Source of the DNA: Flavobacteriales bacterium
GTDB taxonomy: Bacteria > Bacteroidota > Bacteroidia > Flavobacteriales > UJ101
NCBI GenBank assembly: GCA_965262705.1
Contig: OZ253556.1
Location: 863,559 to 887,558 of the forward strand
Length of the DNA: 24,000 bases
Direction: 5' to 3'
A program made the translations under genes and the position numbers. Below, piece after piece: positions 23,935 through 24,000 of this stretch (the first letter of the stretch is position 1; each line of letters starts with the position of its first letter). The notes beneath the pieces are model-generated. The model saw only the letters and a program-made list of their open reading frames with translations, was not told where the DNA came from and did not search any database.

Positions 23935-24000
23935 TTTTAATTTATATAGATTTAATCTAAAGTATTAATGTTGAAACTGAGATATAGTTGCCAGAGTACT

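Overview
AT-rich chromosomal segment that reads like a Flavobacteriia (Bacteroidota) genome. The evidence for that placement is a GldF/GldG gliding-motility permease, a DUF3078-type outer-membrane protein, TAnnTTTG-type -7 boxes and no obvious Shine-Dalgarno sites. The gene content is ordinary and mostly housekeeping: a frameshifted aldehyde dehydrogenase, a thioredoxin-fold protein, fused gldF-gldG, a DtxR/MntR-type repressor with an Nramp (MntH) transporter carrying a C-terminal USP domain, tRNA-Ser(GCU), polA, a decayed endonuclease/exonuclease/phosphatase gene, mfd, a secreted GH2 glycosidase, a DUF3078 protein and an isochorismatase-family hydrolase. I found no recognisable defence island, toxin-antitoxin pair, CRISPR-Cas locus, reverse transcriptase or novel multi-gene operon. 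The unusual content is non-coding. Every sizeable intergenic spacer holds members of a modular repeat family whose ends are the inverted 12-mer GAGACCGTTGCA / TGCAACGGTCTC. The same termini bound a dead IS5-family element at 16290-17650, so the short copies look like its MITE derivatives. Other repeat structures are a 46-bp x 4.2 tandem array of hairpin units abutting that IS, a 54-bp near-perfect inverted repeat upstream of the GH2 gene, a 53-bp palindromic mini-insertion inside the IS5 transposase gene, a dead IS3-family element, and a 64-bp solo copy of its right end upstream of the mntR-like gene. Two cellular pseudogenes and two dead IS elements in 24 kb suggest a genome under relaxed selection or repeat-driven erosion. 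All calls come from reading the sequence and translations by eye, with no database search.
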